DNA of 64,000 nucleotides, from the IMG/VR virus record IMGVR_UViG_3300045599_000077; one strand, 5' to 3'. Origin of the DNA: an uncultured virus (IMG/VR IMGVR_UViG_3300045599_000077) (lineage: Duplodnaviria > Heunggongvirae > Uroviricota > Caudoviricetes). This document shows, in pieces, positions 39,684 through 49,691 of the stretch. The translations under genes were made by a program, and so were the position numbers. Every line of letters starts with the position of its first letter. Position 1 is the stretch's first letter. Under the pieces are notes generated by a model. That model was given only the letters and a program-made list of their open reading frames with translations, searched no databases and was not told the origin of the DNA.

Positions 39684-40124
39684 ATGAAAGAAATTTGGAA
39701 TTGGATACAGCTGGCTATTGCCGCAGTCGGTGGATTTCTTGGGTGGTTTCTCGGCGGTTATGACGGATTTCTCTATGCACTGGTAGCTTTTGTGATCATT
39801 GACTACCTGACAGGTGTCTTTTGTGCAATTGCAAACAAAAAACTGTGTAGCGAAATCGGTGCTAAGGGGATTTTCAAAAAGGTACTCATCTTTATAATGG
39901 TAGGCATCGCTCATATTATCGATACACAAATTTTGGTTAGTATTGGAGAAAATAGTGGCATTTTACGAACAGCAGTAATCTTTTTCTACCTAAGTAATGA
40001 AGGAGTATCCATTTTAGAGAACGCTGGACATATTGGACTGCCTATTCCAGAAAACCTAAAATCGGTTTTACAGCAACTACATGGACGTGATGGGGAACCG
40101 CCTAAGCCTGGTGGTGGAAGATGA
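39684..40124 (+). CDS. Holin (phage_holin_4 type)
   Basis: DYLTGV, SEIGAKGIFKK, NEGVSILEN, hydrophobic helices. Confidence 0.88.
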   Translation: MKEIWNWIQLAIAAVGGFLGWFLGGYDGFLYALVAFVIIDYLTGVFCAIANKKLCSEIGAKGIFKKVLIFIMVGIAHIIDTQILVSIGENSGILRTAVIFFYLSNEGVSILENAGHIGLPIPENLKSVLQQLHGRDGEPPKPGGGR

Positions 40125-40155
40125 TTGACTTAATATTTGATTAGAGGTGATTTTA

Positions 40156-40857
40156 ATGAAGTTACGCAAACTATTACTTACGAACAATGCCTGCTATAAA
40201 GCGGGTAAAACCATAACGCCAAAAGGTATTATGGTTCACTCGACTGGTGCAAACAACCCATGGTTGAAGCGCTACGTTGGCCCAGACGATGGCTTGCTAG
40301 GAAAGAACCAGTATAACAACCATTGGAATCAAAACAAACCTGGAGGGCGTCAAGTTTGTGTCCATGCCTTCATTGGTAAATTAGCAGATGGTTCCATTGC
40401 TACCTATCAAACCTTGCCTTGGAATCACCGGGGTTGGCATGCTGGAGGAGATGCGAATAACACGCATATAGGATTTGAGATTTGCGAGGACGGTCTAACC
40501 GATACCTCGTATTTTTCTGCTGTTTATAAGGAAGCAGTGGAGCTTTGTGTACATCTTTGCAAACTCTATGGACTTAGTGAGAAGGATATCATCTGTCATA
40601 GTGAAGGCTATAAGCAAGGTATAGCCAGTAACCATGCGGATGTGATGCACTGGTTTCCTAAGCATGGCAAGACCATGGATACCTTTAGAGTGGATGTTAA
40701 GAAACTTCTAAACGAAGAAGATAAATCAGCAGAACCAGCGAAAAAGAAATACTACCGAGTACAAATAGGTGCATACACTGTCAAAGCAAATGCTGAGGCA
40801 CAGCTTGCCAAAGCTAAAAAGGCAGGATTTACGGATGCATTTATTAAGTATGATTAA
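40156..40857 (+). CDS. Endolysin: N-acetylmuramoyl-L-alanine amidase + SPOR domain
   Basis: MVHST, WHAGG, GFEICED; YRVQIGAY C-term. Confidence 0.9.
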   Translation: MKLRKLLLTNNACYKAGKTITPKGIMVHSTGANNPWLKRYVGPDDGLLGKNQYNNHWNQNKPGGRQVCVHAFIGKLADGSIATYQTLPWNHRGWHAGGDANNTHIGFEICEDGLTDTSYFSAVYKEAVELCVHLCKLYGLSEKDIICHSEGYKQGIASNHADVMHWFPKHGKTMDTFRVDVKKLLNEEDKSAEPAKKKYYRVQIGAYTVKANAEAQLAKAKKAGFTDAFIKYD

Positions 40858-40934
40858 CAAAGGGAGCGAGTAAAAAAGCATTTTTGCTTTAGCTTCACAG
40901 AGTTTCCCTAAAAAATTAACTATTAGATGTATAT

Positions 40935-40971
40935 AGCCTGTGGGGGTTATTCCCTTGCAGGCTCTTTTTTT
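40935..40971 (+). terminator. Intrinsic terminator after lysis module
   Basis: AGCCTGTGGGGG...TCCCTTGCAGGCT + T-run. Confidence 0.75.
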
Positions 40972-40998
40972 ATGCTCTGATTTTATTTTATTTTTACA

Positions 40999-41041
40999 AA
41001 TCCTCAACTTCGACCTGTTCCCGCGGCTATTAGGTAGGAGG
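40999..41041 (+). promoter_or_regulatory. Phage-specific promoter motif copy 3
   Basis: AATCCTCAAC-N16-GGCTATTAGGTAGGAGG. Confidence 0.7.
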
Positions 41042-41050
41042 TGATTCTAC

Positions 41051-41287
41051 ATGAATCAGCATGAGGATAAAAAGGTTATGAAGATTTCAGATGGGGTTAT
41101 AGACAAAAGCATCGAACTAAAGAAAATGTCACAGGAGCAGCTACAGCGTGAGTTTGATTATATTCAGGCAGAGAAATTACTTAGAAAGATGCTCCAAAAA
41201 GGTTTAATAACAGAAGTAGAATTCAACAAGATAGACGCACTTAATCGCCAAACTTTCTCCCCTTTCTTAGCAGAGATAATGCCCTAA
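41051..41287 (+). CDS. SHOCT-like small protein preceding recombinases
   Basis: LRKMLQKGLITEVEFNKI. Confidence 0.7.
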   Translation: MNQHEDKKVMKISDGVIDKSIELKKMSQEQLQREFDYIQAEKLLRKMLQKGLITEVEFNKIDALNRQTFSPFLAEIMP

Positions 41288-41348
41288 ATTCGTTGATATA
41301 TAAGGATTTCAGAGGTAATATGTGACCTACCAAGAAGGAGGTGAGACG

Positions 41349-42908
41349 ATGAAAAAGATAACGAAAATAGAAGGAAATAAGGTTGCATCGATTATCAAAC
41401 CCAAACTACGAGTAGCCGCATACTGTCGTGTCTCTACGGGTAGTGATGAACAGTTAGTAAGTCTACAAGCACAAAAATCCCATTATGAGACTTATATAAA
41501 GGCAAACCCAGAATGGGAGTATGTTGGCTTGTATTATGATGAGGGAATTAGTGGCACCAAAAAAGAAAACCGAACGGAACTTCTCAGAATGCTGTCAGAT
41601 TGTGAAAACAAGAAGATTGACTTAATTATTACAAAGTCCATTAGTAGATTTGTAAGAAACACTACGGATTGTTTGGAGATGGTTCGTAAACTGCTGGACC
41701 TTGGGATTTATATCTATTTCGAGAAAGAAAATATCAATACCCAATCAATGGAAAGTGAATTGATGCTTTCTATATTAAGCGGGCTTGCAGAAAGTGAGTC
41801 AATCTCTATTTCAGAAAATAACAAGTGGGCAATTCAAAGGAGATTTCAGAACGGAACTTTTAAGATTTCTTACCCACCATATGGCTATGACAACATTGAT
41901 GGTCAAATGGTGGTAAACCCTGAGCAAGCAGAAATTGTGAAGTATATTTTTGCAGAAGTATTATCAGGCAAGGGTACACAGAAAATAGCAGATGATCTTA
42001 ATCAAAAGGGTATCCCCTCCAAAAGAGGTGGTCGTTGGACTGCTACCACAATTCGAGGAATTCTAAAAAACGAGAAATATACCGGGGATGTTATACTGCA
42101 AAAAACCTATACAGATTCCCGTTTTAATAAGCGCACCAATTATGGTGAGAAAAACAGATATTTAATAGAAAATCACCATGAGGCAATTATCAGCCATGAA
42201 GTGTTTGAAGCAGTAGAGGCTGCCTTAAATCAAAGGGCAAAAGAAAAGGGAATAGAAAAGCGTAATGATAAGTACCAAAACCGGTATTCTTTCTCCGGAA
42301 AAATTATTTGCTCGGAATGTGGTAGCACCTTTAAAAGACGAATTCATTCATCCGGCACAAGAAAATATGTAGCCTGGTGTTGTAGTAAACACTTAAAGCA
42401 GATAACAGAATGTTCCATGCAGTTTATTCGAGATGAGGATATAAAGACGGCCTTTGTTACTATGATTAACAAGCTGATTTTCGGAAGAAAACTTATTCTA
42501 CAACCACTATTAGATGCTTTGCGTGGAATAAGCAACTCAGATAACCTTTCAAGAATTCAGGAATTAGAGAAGCAAATTGAAAAAAATGCAGAACAGAGAG
42601 AACTGCTTGTAAAGCTTATGGCAAAGGGGTATCTAGAACCTGCCCTTTTTAACAGAGAAAACAATGAACTGCAAATGGAAGCAGATAATTATATGGGGCA
42701 AAAAGAAGCTTTAATTCATGCTTTAAATGGAGAATTATCAAAGGTGCAGGAAGTCAGTAACTTAATAAAGTTTACAAATAAGGCTGAAATGATAAATACC
42801 TTTAGCGAGCAAATTTTCAATGATTATGTTGAAAAAATTATAGTTTACTCAAGGGTAGAGATAGGTTTCGTTCTGAAATGTGGAATCACACTAAGGGAAA
42901 GGATGTGA
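41349..42908 (+). CDS. Large serine recombinase 1
   Basis: YCRVST, DEGISGT, KSISRF, Zn ribbon CSECG. Confidence 0.92.
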   Translation: MKKITKIEGNKVASIIKPKLRVAAYCRVSTGSDEQLVSLQAQKSHYETYIKANPEWEYVGLYYDEGISGTKKENRTELLRMLSDCENKKIDLIITKSISRFVRNTTDCLEMVRKLLDLGIYIYFEKENINTQSMESELMLSILSGLAESESISISENNKWAIQRRFQNGTFKISYPPYGYDNIDGQMVVNPEQAEIVKYIFAEVLSGKGTQKIADDLNQKGIPSKRGGRWTATTIRGILKNEKYTGDVILQKTYTDSRFNKRTNYGEKNRYLIENHHEAIISHEVFEAVEAALNQRAKEKGIEKRNDKYQNRYSFSGKIICSECGSTFKRRIHSSGTRKYVAWCCSKHLKQITECSMQFIRDEDIKTAFVTMINKLIFGRKLILQPLLDALRGISNSDNLSRIQELEKQIEKNAEQRELLVKLMAKGYLEPALFNRENNELQMEADNYMGQKEALIHALNGELSKVQEVSNLIKFTNKAEMINTFSEQIFNDYVEKIIVYSRVEIGFVLKCGITLRERM

Positions 42909-42913
42909 GAAAA

Positions 42914-43342
42914 ATGGCGCACACGCCATACGGCTATAGGATAGAGAATGGAATAGCAGTTATCGATGAAGAAAAAGCTGAAAAGATTAGGAATTTGTAT
43001 AAGGGCTACTTATCAGGGCTTTCCTTATCGGTCGCAGCAAAGACTGCTGGAATAGATGCTTATCATGGAACTGCTGGAAGGATGCTAAGAAATGAGCGTT
43101 ATCTTGGTGATGATTATTACCCTGCCATCATTGATAAAGAAACCTACGAAAAAGCAGAAGCAGAGAGGGTAAAGAGAGCAAAAAAGCTAGGTAGAATCTT
43201 TGAACCAAAGAAAGAAGATAAACCTACTATTTCTAAGAATTTTACCATAGGACAAGTAATTCAGAAGTATGCAAATCCTTTTACACAAGCGGAATATGTA
43301 TACAGCTTAATAGAAAGTGAGGTGCAGCAAGATGGCAGTTAG
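42914..43342 (+). CDS. Short recombinase-domain protein (no catalytic domain)
   Basis: PYGY...LRNERYLG...YPAIID. Confidence 0.8.
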   Translation: MAHTPYGYRIENGIAVIDEEKAEKIRNLYKGYLSGLSLSVAAKTAGIDAYHGTAGRMLRNERYLGDDYYPAIIDKETYEKAEAERVKRAKKLGRIFEPKKEDKPTISKNFTIGQVIQKYANPFTQAEYVYSLIESEVQQDGS

Positions 43343-44897
43343 TAAAAATGTAATGATTATACCTGCAATAAAACGTGTAGGCAACAATCGAAAAGAAGAT
43401 GAAACACCAAAACTTCGGGTCGCTGCTTATTGCAGAGTTTCTACAGATAGTGATGAGCAGGCTAGTAGTTACGAAGTGCAGATTGAACACTATACAGAGT
43501 TTATCAAGAAGAATTCAGAGTGGGAATTTGCAGGGATCTTTGCTGATGATGGTATCAGCGGCACAAATACAAAAAATCGCGACGAATTTAATCGAATGAT
43601 TGATGAGTGCATGGCTGGGAAAATTGATATGGTTATTACCAAATCAATAAGCCGATTTGCTAGAAATACCTTGGACTGTCTACAATACATCAGAAAACTT
43701 AAAGATAAAAATGTTGCGGTATATTTTGAGAAAGAAAATATCAATACACTGGATGCCAAAGGTGAAATTATGCTTACCATTATGGCATCCTTAGCGCAAC
43801 AAGAGAGCCAGTCATTAAGCCAGAATGTAAAGCTTGGTTACCAATACCGATACCAACAGGGAGAGGTAATGGTCAATTGTTCTAGGTTTTTAGGATATAC
43901 CAAAGATGAAAATAAGCGATTAGTAATTGTGCCGGAGGAAGCTGAAATAGTCAAAAGGATTTACCGAGAGTATCTTGAAGGCTCAAGTATGGATAAAATC
44001 AAAAAAGGACTTGAAGCTGATGGCATACTTACGGGAGCGGGGAAAAAAAGGTGGCATACCAGTACTATAAGGAAAATATTAAGCAATGAAAAATACATTG
44101 GTGATGCATTGCTCCAAAAAACTTATACGGTAGATTTTCTTACAAAAAAGAGGGTTGTGAATAACGGAATCGTACCTCAGTATTATGTAGAGAATAACCA
44201 TGAAGCCATTATCCCGCGTGAAATTTTCATGCAGGTACAAGAAGAGTTAGTTCGTAGAAGTAGAGGACATATAAGTACTAGTGGAAAGAAAAGAAACTTT
44301 AGTTCAAATCATGTATTTTCGCAAATTATCTTCTGTGGAGAGTGTGGCGAAATATACCGTAGAGTTCATTGGAATAACCGAGGTAAAAAATCGATTGTTT
44401 GGAGATGCGTCAGTAGACTTGAGAATACAGGGTTAACTTGTCATTCTCGAACCGTGCTGGAGGATATGATAGGCCTTGCTACGGTGGATGTAATTAATAA
44501 ACTAATAGGGCAAAAGGATGGCTTTTTAACTATCTTAAAGGAAAATATAGAAACAGTGATAAGTGAAACGGGCAATAATGTTGTTTCCGAGATAGATAAA
44601 AAGCTAGAGGAATTACAAAAAGACCTTTTGAGACTGGCCAATTCCAAAGAGGATTATAATGACATTGCCGATGAGATTTATAGGCTCAGAGAAGAAAGGC
44701 ATAAGGCTTTAGCAGAAGAAGCAGGCAAAAAAGGTTCCAAGCAAAGACTAGAAGATATGGAAAAGTTCCTAAATGAACAATCCACCCTCCTTGAGGAGTA
44801 TGATGAGCAACTAGTAAGGAGACTTATAGAGAAAATAACGGTTTATGATGACAAACTAACTATTGAATTTAAATCTGGTGTAGAAGTAGATGTATAA
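43332..44897 (+). CDS. Large serine recombinase 2
   Basis: [26 protein letters not shown]. Confidence 0.92.
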   Translation: MAVSKNVMIIPAIKRVGNNRKEDETPKLRVAAYCRVSTDSDEQASSYEVQIEHYTEFIKKNSEWEFAGIFADDGISGTNTKNRDEFNRMIDECMAGKIDMVITKSISRFARNTLDCLQYIRKLKDKNVAVYFEKENINTLDAKGEIMLTIMASLAQQESQSLSQNVKLGYQYRYQQGEVMVNCSRFLGYTKDENKRLVIVPEEAEIVKRIYREYLEGSSMDKIKKGLEADGILTGAGKKRWHTSTIRKILSNEKYIGDALLQKTYTVDFLTKKRVVNNGIVPQYYVENNHEAIIPREIFMQVQEELVRRSRGHISTSGKKRNFSSNHVFSQIIFCGECGEIYRRVHWNNRGKKSIVWRCVSRLENTGLTCHSRTVLEDMIGLATVDVINKLIGQKDGFLTILKENIETVISETGNNVVSEIDKKLEELQKDLLRLANSKEDYNDIADEIYRLREERHKALAEEAGKKGSKQRLEDMEKFLNEQSTLLEEYDEQLVRRLIEKITVYDDKLTIEFKSGVEVDV

Positions 44898-44915
44898 ACA
44901 TAACCTTCATGAATG

Positions 44916-44960
44916 ACCGCCATTCAGGAGATATATTCTCTTGATTGGTGGTTTTCTTTT
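44916..44960 (+). terminator. Intrinsic terminator
   Basis: ACCGCCATTCAGGAG...CTCTTGATTGGTGGT + T-run. Confidence 0.7.
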
Positions 44961-44964
44961 TATA

Positions 44965-44993
44965 TTGACTAGAATTGGCAAGAGGCTTATAAT
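44965..44993 (+). promoter_or_regulatory. sigmaA promoter for cargo operon
   Basis: TTGACT-17 nt-TATAAT. Confidence 0.7.
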
Positions 44994-45040
44994 CTTATTA
45001 ACAATGTTGTTGATATTGTTATTGATAAGGAGATGACAAC

Positions 45041-45283
45041 ATGAGTGATGCTAATGAGTTACTGGAAGAAGCTATTAAGGAAACTGAAAACTTGAATGAA
45101 GGTGAAGTCTTTCTTGTTAAAGATCTGTTCAAGGGTTATGTATGGAACAGAATACCCAGAAAGGATCGGCTTCTGCTTGGGACTTTATTTTTAAACTATG
45201 TAAATAAAATGGAGGGTAATATAAAGGCTATTGAAAAGACTTCATCTAATCAGCAGAGGTATAAAAAGACAATTGGCAAGTAG
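45041..45283 (+). CDS. DUF1413-like small protein
   Basis: FLVKDLFKGYVWN...LLGTLF...QQRY. Confidence 0.65.
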   Translation: MSDANELLEEAIKETENLNEGEVFLVKDLFKGYVWNRIPRKDRLLLGTLFLNYVNKMEGNIKAIEKTSSNQQRYKKTIGK

Positions 45284-45301
45284 AAAGAAGGGATAAAATT
45301 T

Positions 45302-46000
45302 ATGGGTACCAGTATTTTAGTTGTTGATGATGAACAAGCTATAGCAGATCTAATTGAAGTTTATCTAAAAAATGAAGGTTTTACAGTATACAAATTTTAT
45401 AACGGTCAAGATGCGTTTCGATGTGTTGAGTCGAAACAGTTGGAGCTTGCGATACTTGATGTTATGCTGCCAGATATTGATGGTTTTACTATCTGTCGGA
45501 AGATTAGGGAAAAACATAATTTTCCGATTATTATGCTGACAGCTAAAGAAGAAGAAATCGATAAGATTACCGGGCTGACATTAGGTGCCGATGACTATAT
45601 CACTAAACCATTCCGTCCTTTGGAATTAGTTGCTCGTGTAAAGGCGCAGCTCCGAAGATTTACCAAATATAATTCTCCAGAGCAAAAACAGGAAGAACGC
45701 TTGATTACCTTTTCCGGCTTGGTGTTAGACATGGATGCTCGTGAATGTACGCTGAATGAGAAAAAGTTATCGCTTACACCTACGGAGTTTTCAATTCTTT
45801 GGGTTCTTTGTTCCAATCGAGGACGAGTGGTAAGCTCTGAAGAATTGTTTCGCGAGGTATGGGGAGACAAGTACTTTAGTAACAGCAATAATACGGTAAT
45901 GGTTCATATTCGACATTTAAGAGAAAAAATGGGCGATAGCGCGGAACATCCTAAATATATCAAAACGGTATGGGGGGTTGGTTATAAAATTGAAAAGTGA
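45302..46000 (+). CDS. VanR-like OmpR-family response regulator
   Basis: VVDDE, LDVMLPD, KPFRPLELVARVKAQLRR, KTVWGVGY. Confidence 0.85.
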   Translation: MGTSILVVDDEQAIADLIEVYLKNEGFTVYKFYNGQDAFRCVESKQLELAILDVMLPDIDGFTICRKIREKHNFPIIMLTAKEEEIDKITGLTLGADDYITKPFRPLELVARVKAQLRRFTKYNSPEQKQEERLITFSGLVLDMDARECTLNEKKLSLTPTEFSILWVLCSNRGRVVSSEELFREVWGDKYFSNSNNTVMVHIRHLREKMGDSAEHPKYIKTVWGVGYKIEK

Positions 46001-47126
46001 CAGAGATAAGAGAAACAATGATTATACAAAATTAAAAAGAAAAGTATTTTTTAGAGTGCTCCTTATTGTTTTTGCCACGATCGCAACTGTTATTTTTTTG
46101 CGTGATGTAATTCAAGACAATTTCAATATTGGAGAGAGTATTGTAGAATTTTTAAAGAATAAGTTTTATTTGAGTGAAAGCGATGCTGTAATAATTTATC
46201 GGTATATTTTTCTTTATAATAAAGAGCTTATTACACTTATTGTGATCATCATCTTATTAATTATTTTGCTTAGATTTTCAATTTCGTGGTTTACTAAATA
46301 TTTTGATGAAATAGGTAGTGGAATGGATAAACTTGTTGAGGAATCCAATGATGAAATTACATTATCACCGGAATTGGATTTTATGGAAAATAAGCTTAAT
46401 CAAATAAAAAACAACTTGGAAAAGCAAAAAAAAGCTGCACTTGATGCCGAACAGCGCAAAAATGATTTGGTCGTTTATTTGGCACATGATATAAAGACAC
46501 CCCTTACATCCGTTATAGGGTACTTAAGTCTTCTGGATGAAGCTCCAGATATGCCTCCTGAACAGAAATCAAAATATGTCGGTATTACTTTGGAAAAAGC
46601 TTATCGATTAGAAGAGCTTATCAATGAGTTTTTCGAGATCACAAGATTCAATCTTCAAACTATTGTTTTGAATAAAGAAAAAATCAATTTACTGTTCATG
46701 CTCCAGCAAATGGCAGATGAATTCTATCCAATGCTGGCTCCACAGGGAAAGCAGATATCTGTCAATGTGCCTGACGGACTCACTCTGTGGGGAGATGCAG
46801 ACAAACTAGCCCGTGTATTCAATAATATTCTGAAAAATGCCATAGTCTATAGCGATGAAAATAGTGTCATTGATATTTCTGCATGGCAGCAGGACGAAAA
46901 TATTGTTATAACTTTTATGAATCAGGGAAATCCAATTCCACAGACAAAGATTGATACTATTTTTGAAAAATTTTACCGATTAGATGCTGCACGCTCCTCA
47001 AAGACCGGTGGAGCAGGGCTAGGTTTGGCAATCGCACAAGAAATTGTCACTGCTCACGATGGAACGATTTCTGTAGAAAGCAACTCGGAAAATACAATAT
47101 TTACAGTAAAACTTCCATTGCTTTAA
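45990..47126 (+). CDS. VanS-like sensor histidine kinase (start codon uncertain)
   Basis: LAHDIKTPLTSVIGYL, NILKNA, GAGLGL; two TM helices. Confidence 0.85.
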   Translation: MKSDRDKRNNDYTKLKRKVFFRVLLIVFATIATVIFLRDVIQDNFNIGESIVEFLKNKFYLSESDAVIIYRYIFLYNKELITLIVIIILLIILLRFSISWFTKYFDEIGSGMDKLVEESNDEITLSPELDFMENKLNQIKNNLEKQKKAALDAEQRKNDLVVYLAHDIKTPLTSVIGYLSLLDEAPDMPPEQKSKYVGITLEKAYRLEELINEFFEITRFNLQTIVLNKEKINLLFMLQQMADEFYPMLAPQGKQISVNVPDGLTLWGDADKLARVFNNILKNAIVYSDENSVIDISAWQQDENIVITFMNQGNPIPQTKIDTIFEKFYRLDAARSSKTGGAGLGLAIAQEIVTAHDGTISVESNSENTIFTVKLPLL

Positions 47127-47150
47127 GAAAATCTTAAGAAATTCATAAGA
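47121..47150 (+). promoter_or_regulatory. Putative response-regulator binding repeats
   Basis: TAAGA at 47124, 47135, 47146 (11-bp period) upstream of carboxypeptidase gene. Confidence 0.6.
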
Positions 47151-47222
47151 TGAAACTCCAACATAGCTCCTTGTCCTGTGTTTAAATAATAATATCATCG
47201 CAGAATAAGGAGTTGATTTATT

Positions 47223-48191
47223 GTGGTACGAAAAGTGAAAAAGAAAAAGTCTGGAATACGCGTATTTGTTATATTTTCATTGATAGTTGTTGTTTTTGTT
47301 TTCAAATTCATCATTACTCCAGGAAACCAACATAGGTTTGAAACAGAATATGACGATAATACAACGCTTGTTCCCTCTGCAGAGATAGAACCCGATTCCT
47401 CTGTTTCTATATCTCTCGATAAACTAAACAGTACTAATGCGATCCTAATCCGTTTAGAAGATCAAACTATTCTGATGCAAAAAAGTAGCGAAGAAAAGAT
47501 CTATCCTGCTTCGTTAACTAAAATGATGACAGCTATTGTTGCGATAGAAAATTTGACAAATTTGCAGAAAGAAATACAACTAACCCATTATACCTTTAAT
47601 GGTCTTTATAGCGCCAATGCTTCTATGGCCGGTTTCCAGCCAGGTGAGAAGGTAAGGGCTATTGACCTTTTATACGGGGTGATGCTTCCAAGTGGTGCAG
47701 AAGCTTGTATTGGTCTTGCGGATCAGATTGCTGGTTCGGAGCAAGACTTTGTAACGATGATGAATCAAAAGGCGGCAGATCTAGGGATGTACAACACCCA
47801 TTTTGAAAATACCACAGGACTTCACAATGAAAACCATTACACAACAGTCAAAGATTTGGCTATTCTTCTAAACTATGCTTTGCAAAATGAAACTTTCAGG
47901 GAGATTTTTACTGCGTCTCGTCATTCCACACAACCCACGAATAAGCACCCTGAAGGGATAACCTTTTACCATACCATGTTTGAAAAACTCAACAATCAAA
48001 ACATTATTGGCGGAGAAATTTTAGGAGGGAAAACTGGATATACCGATGAAGCTGGTCTGTGTCTTGCGAGTCTTGCAAAAGTGGGTCACCAAGAATATAT
48101 ATTGATTACAGCTGGTGCAAAAGGAGATATCTATTCTGAACAATATAATATTACTGATGCATTAGCTGTATACAATAGAATTGGGAAATAA
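47223..48191 (+). CDS. Serine D-Ala-D-Ala carboxypeptidase (S11; VanYD-like context)
   Basis: ASLTK (SxxK), SGA, GKTG; N-terminal membrane anchor. Confidence 0.85.
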   Translation: MVRKVKKKKSGIRVFVIFSLIVVVFVFKFIITPGNQHRFETEYDDNTTLVPSAEIEPDSSVSISLDKLNSTNAILIRLEDQTILMQKSSEEKIYPASLTKMMTAIVAIENLTNLQKEIQLTHYTFNGLYSANASMAGFQPGEKVRAIDLLYGVMLPSGAEACIGLADQIAGSEQDFVTMMNQKAADLGMYNTHFENTTGLHNENHYTTVKDLAILLNYALQNETFREIFTASRHSTQPTNKHPEGITFYHTMFEKLNNQNIIGGEILGGKTGYTDEAGLCLASLAKVGHQEYILITAGAKGDIYSEQYNITDALAVYNRIGK

Positions 48192-48211
48192 TAAGTTTTT
48201 CATAAGATTTT

Positions 48212-48259
48212 GATATGTTTCCACCTACCGATAGTGCCAAAAATGCCATGGATATGTTT
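48212..48259 (+). repeat. Partial duplicate of att arm (DMFP repeats)
   Basis: 28 of first 31 nt identical to 50550-50580; same 39-bp spacing of GA(T/C)ATGTT. Confidence 0.75.
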
Positions 48260-48279
48260 GTGAGAACGGACATACTCAA

Positions 48280-48691
48280 AGAGATGAACTAGATATATGG
48301 AAAGAGATGCCGTTTGACGTTGTGAAATCTGCCAAAGAATATAATAGGTTTATGACGGAATACTTTAATGATGTTTACGGAAGTAAAGAAGTTTTATTTT
48401 TTCAGAAGTGTTTACTTGTTTGTGATAAAAATGATACTCCTATAGGGACGTGCTTTGTATGGAAGGCATATGAAAAAATTTCTACAATCCATTGGTTTAA
48501 AGTCCGGAAAAACTATGAAAGATCAGGCACTGGTAGAGTTTTGCTTTCCATTGTTATGAGAAATATTAAATATTAAAGAGAGTGACTATCCGGTATTTCT
48601 TCATACACAACCATCGAGCTTTCAAGCAATAAAATTGTATTCTGATTTTGGATTTGCTTTTTTAACAGACCCAATAATCGGATATAGATAA
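48280..48691 (+). pseudogene. GNAT acetyltransferase pseudogene
   Basis: IHWFKV..YERSGTGR motif; TATTAAA duplication 48564-48577 shifts frame; continuation ESDYPVFLHTQPSS...LYSDFGF. Confidence 0.7.
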
Positions 48692-48864
48692 AAGTAACTC
48701 CTGAAAAATGCTGGTTTTAAGACTGTTGAAGTATTGTATCAAAATGAAGGAACAGCAATTATTAAAGCGGAAAAATAGAAGCAAACATTAAAAATGCCGA
48801 ATGATTTCTAAATGAAAAAATTTAGTTTAGTTCATATTATAAAGGGAAAGGAGCGCATTAACAG

Positions 48865-49443
48865 ATGTCAGATAAGAACTTTGTTCAGAAAAGTGATGAA
48901 GAACTTCAGAAATTTGTAGTAGGTGATTTAAAGCCTCATGATTCGCAAATTACGCTTGTCGAATACGATTCGGATTGGCCAAATTTGTTTGAAAGGGAAG
49001 CACGTAGGATTTGCTCAGCACTTGGGAACAAAGCGCTACGGATTGAGCATGTGGGTTCTACTTCGGTTCCTGGGCTTTGTGCAAAGCCAATCATCGATAT
49101 GCTGCTGGTTGTTAAGGATTCTGCTGATGAGTCATCCTACGTTCCGATGTTAGAAGCAGCTGGATATGTGCTACAGATTCGAGAACCTGACTGGTTGGAG
49201 CATCGTTTGTTTAAAGGACCGGATACCGATATTAATCTGCATGTGTTCAGTTTGGGCACACCAGAGATTGATAGAATGCTACGCTTTAGGGATTGGTTAC
49301 GGTCTAATGAAAGTGACCGGGAAAAATACGCACAAGTAAAACGAAATCTCGCTAAGAATAAGTGGAGGCATGTTCAACATTATGCAGATGCAAAAACATC
49401 CATTGTTCAGGAGATTATGGAACGTGCGAATAGTGTTGAGTAA
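48865..49443 (+). CDS. GrpB-family nucleotidyltransferase-fold protein
   Basis: IEHVGSTSVPGLCAKPIID, LHVF, FRDWLR, YADAK. Confidence 0.88.
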   Translation: MSDKNFVQKSDEELQKFVVGDLKPHDSQITLVEYDSDWPNLFEREARRICSALGNKALRIEHVGSTSVPGLCAKPIIDMLLVVKDSADESSYVPMLEAAGYVLQIREPDWLEHRLFKGPDTDINLHVFSLGTPEIDRMLRFRDWLRSNESDREKYAQVKRNLAKNKWRHVQHYADAKTSIVQEIMERANSVE

Positions 49444-49691
49444 TATTATGATTCAGGTGTCAAAAACACTTTATCGCCTATATTTAAAATTTCCTTCTTA
49501 AATATATGGTCTTTAAAAAATGTATTAAATATGCTGTTATGTTTCCACTTTAATGATAAGATAATATCGTCATTTATTTGGAATTAGGTTTTCATATTTT
49601 GTTTAATACATAAAAAAACGCCCTTTTGACACTCCAATCATACTATCTTGGCAGAATTTTTATTATATTTATTGAAGTGGTGAAAAGGAAT

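Noticed and set aside
22524..41331. Loose similarity TTGATAT...AGAG...TACC upstream of 22580 and 41349
   Set aside because: Only about 23/39 identity and two copies; may simply be sigmaA-like promoters
49457..49632. GTGTCAAAA...TTTTGACAC inverted 9-mers ~175 bp apart (possible MITE/IS remnant before ant(9))
   Set aside because: Match is only 9 bp, no clear target duplication and no readable transposase frame
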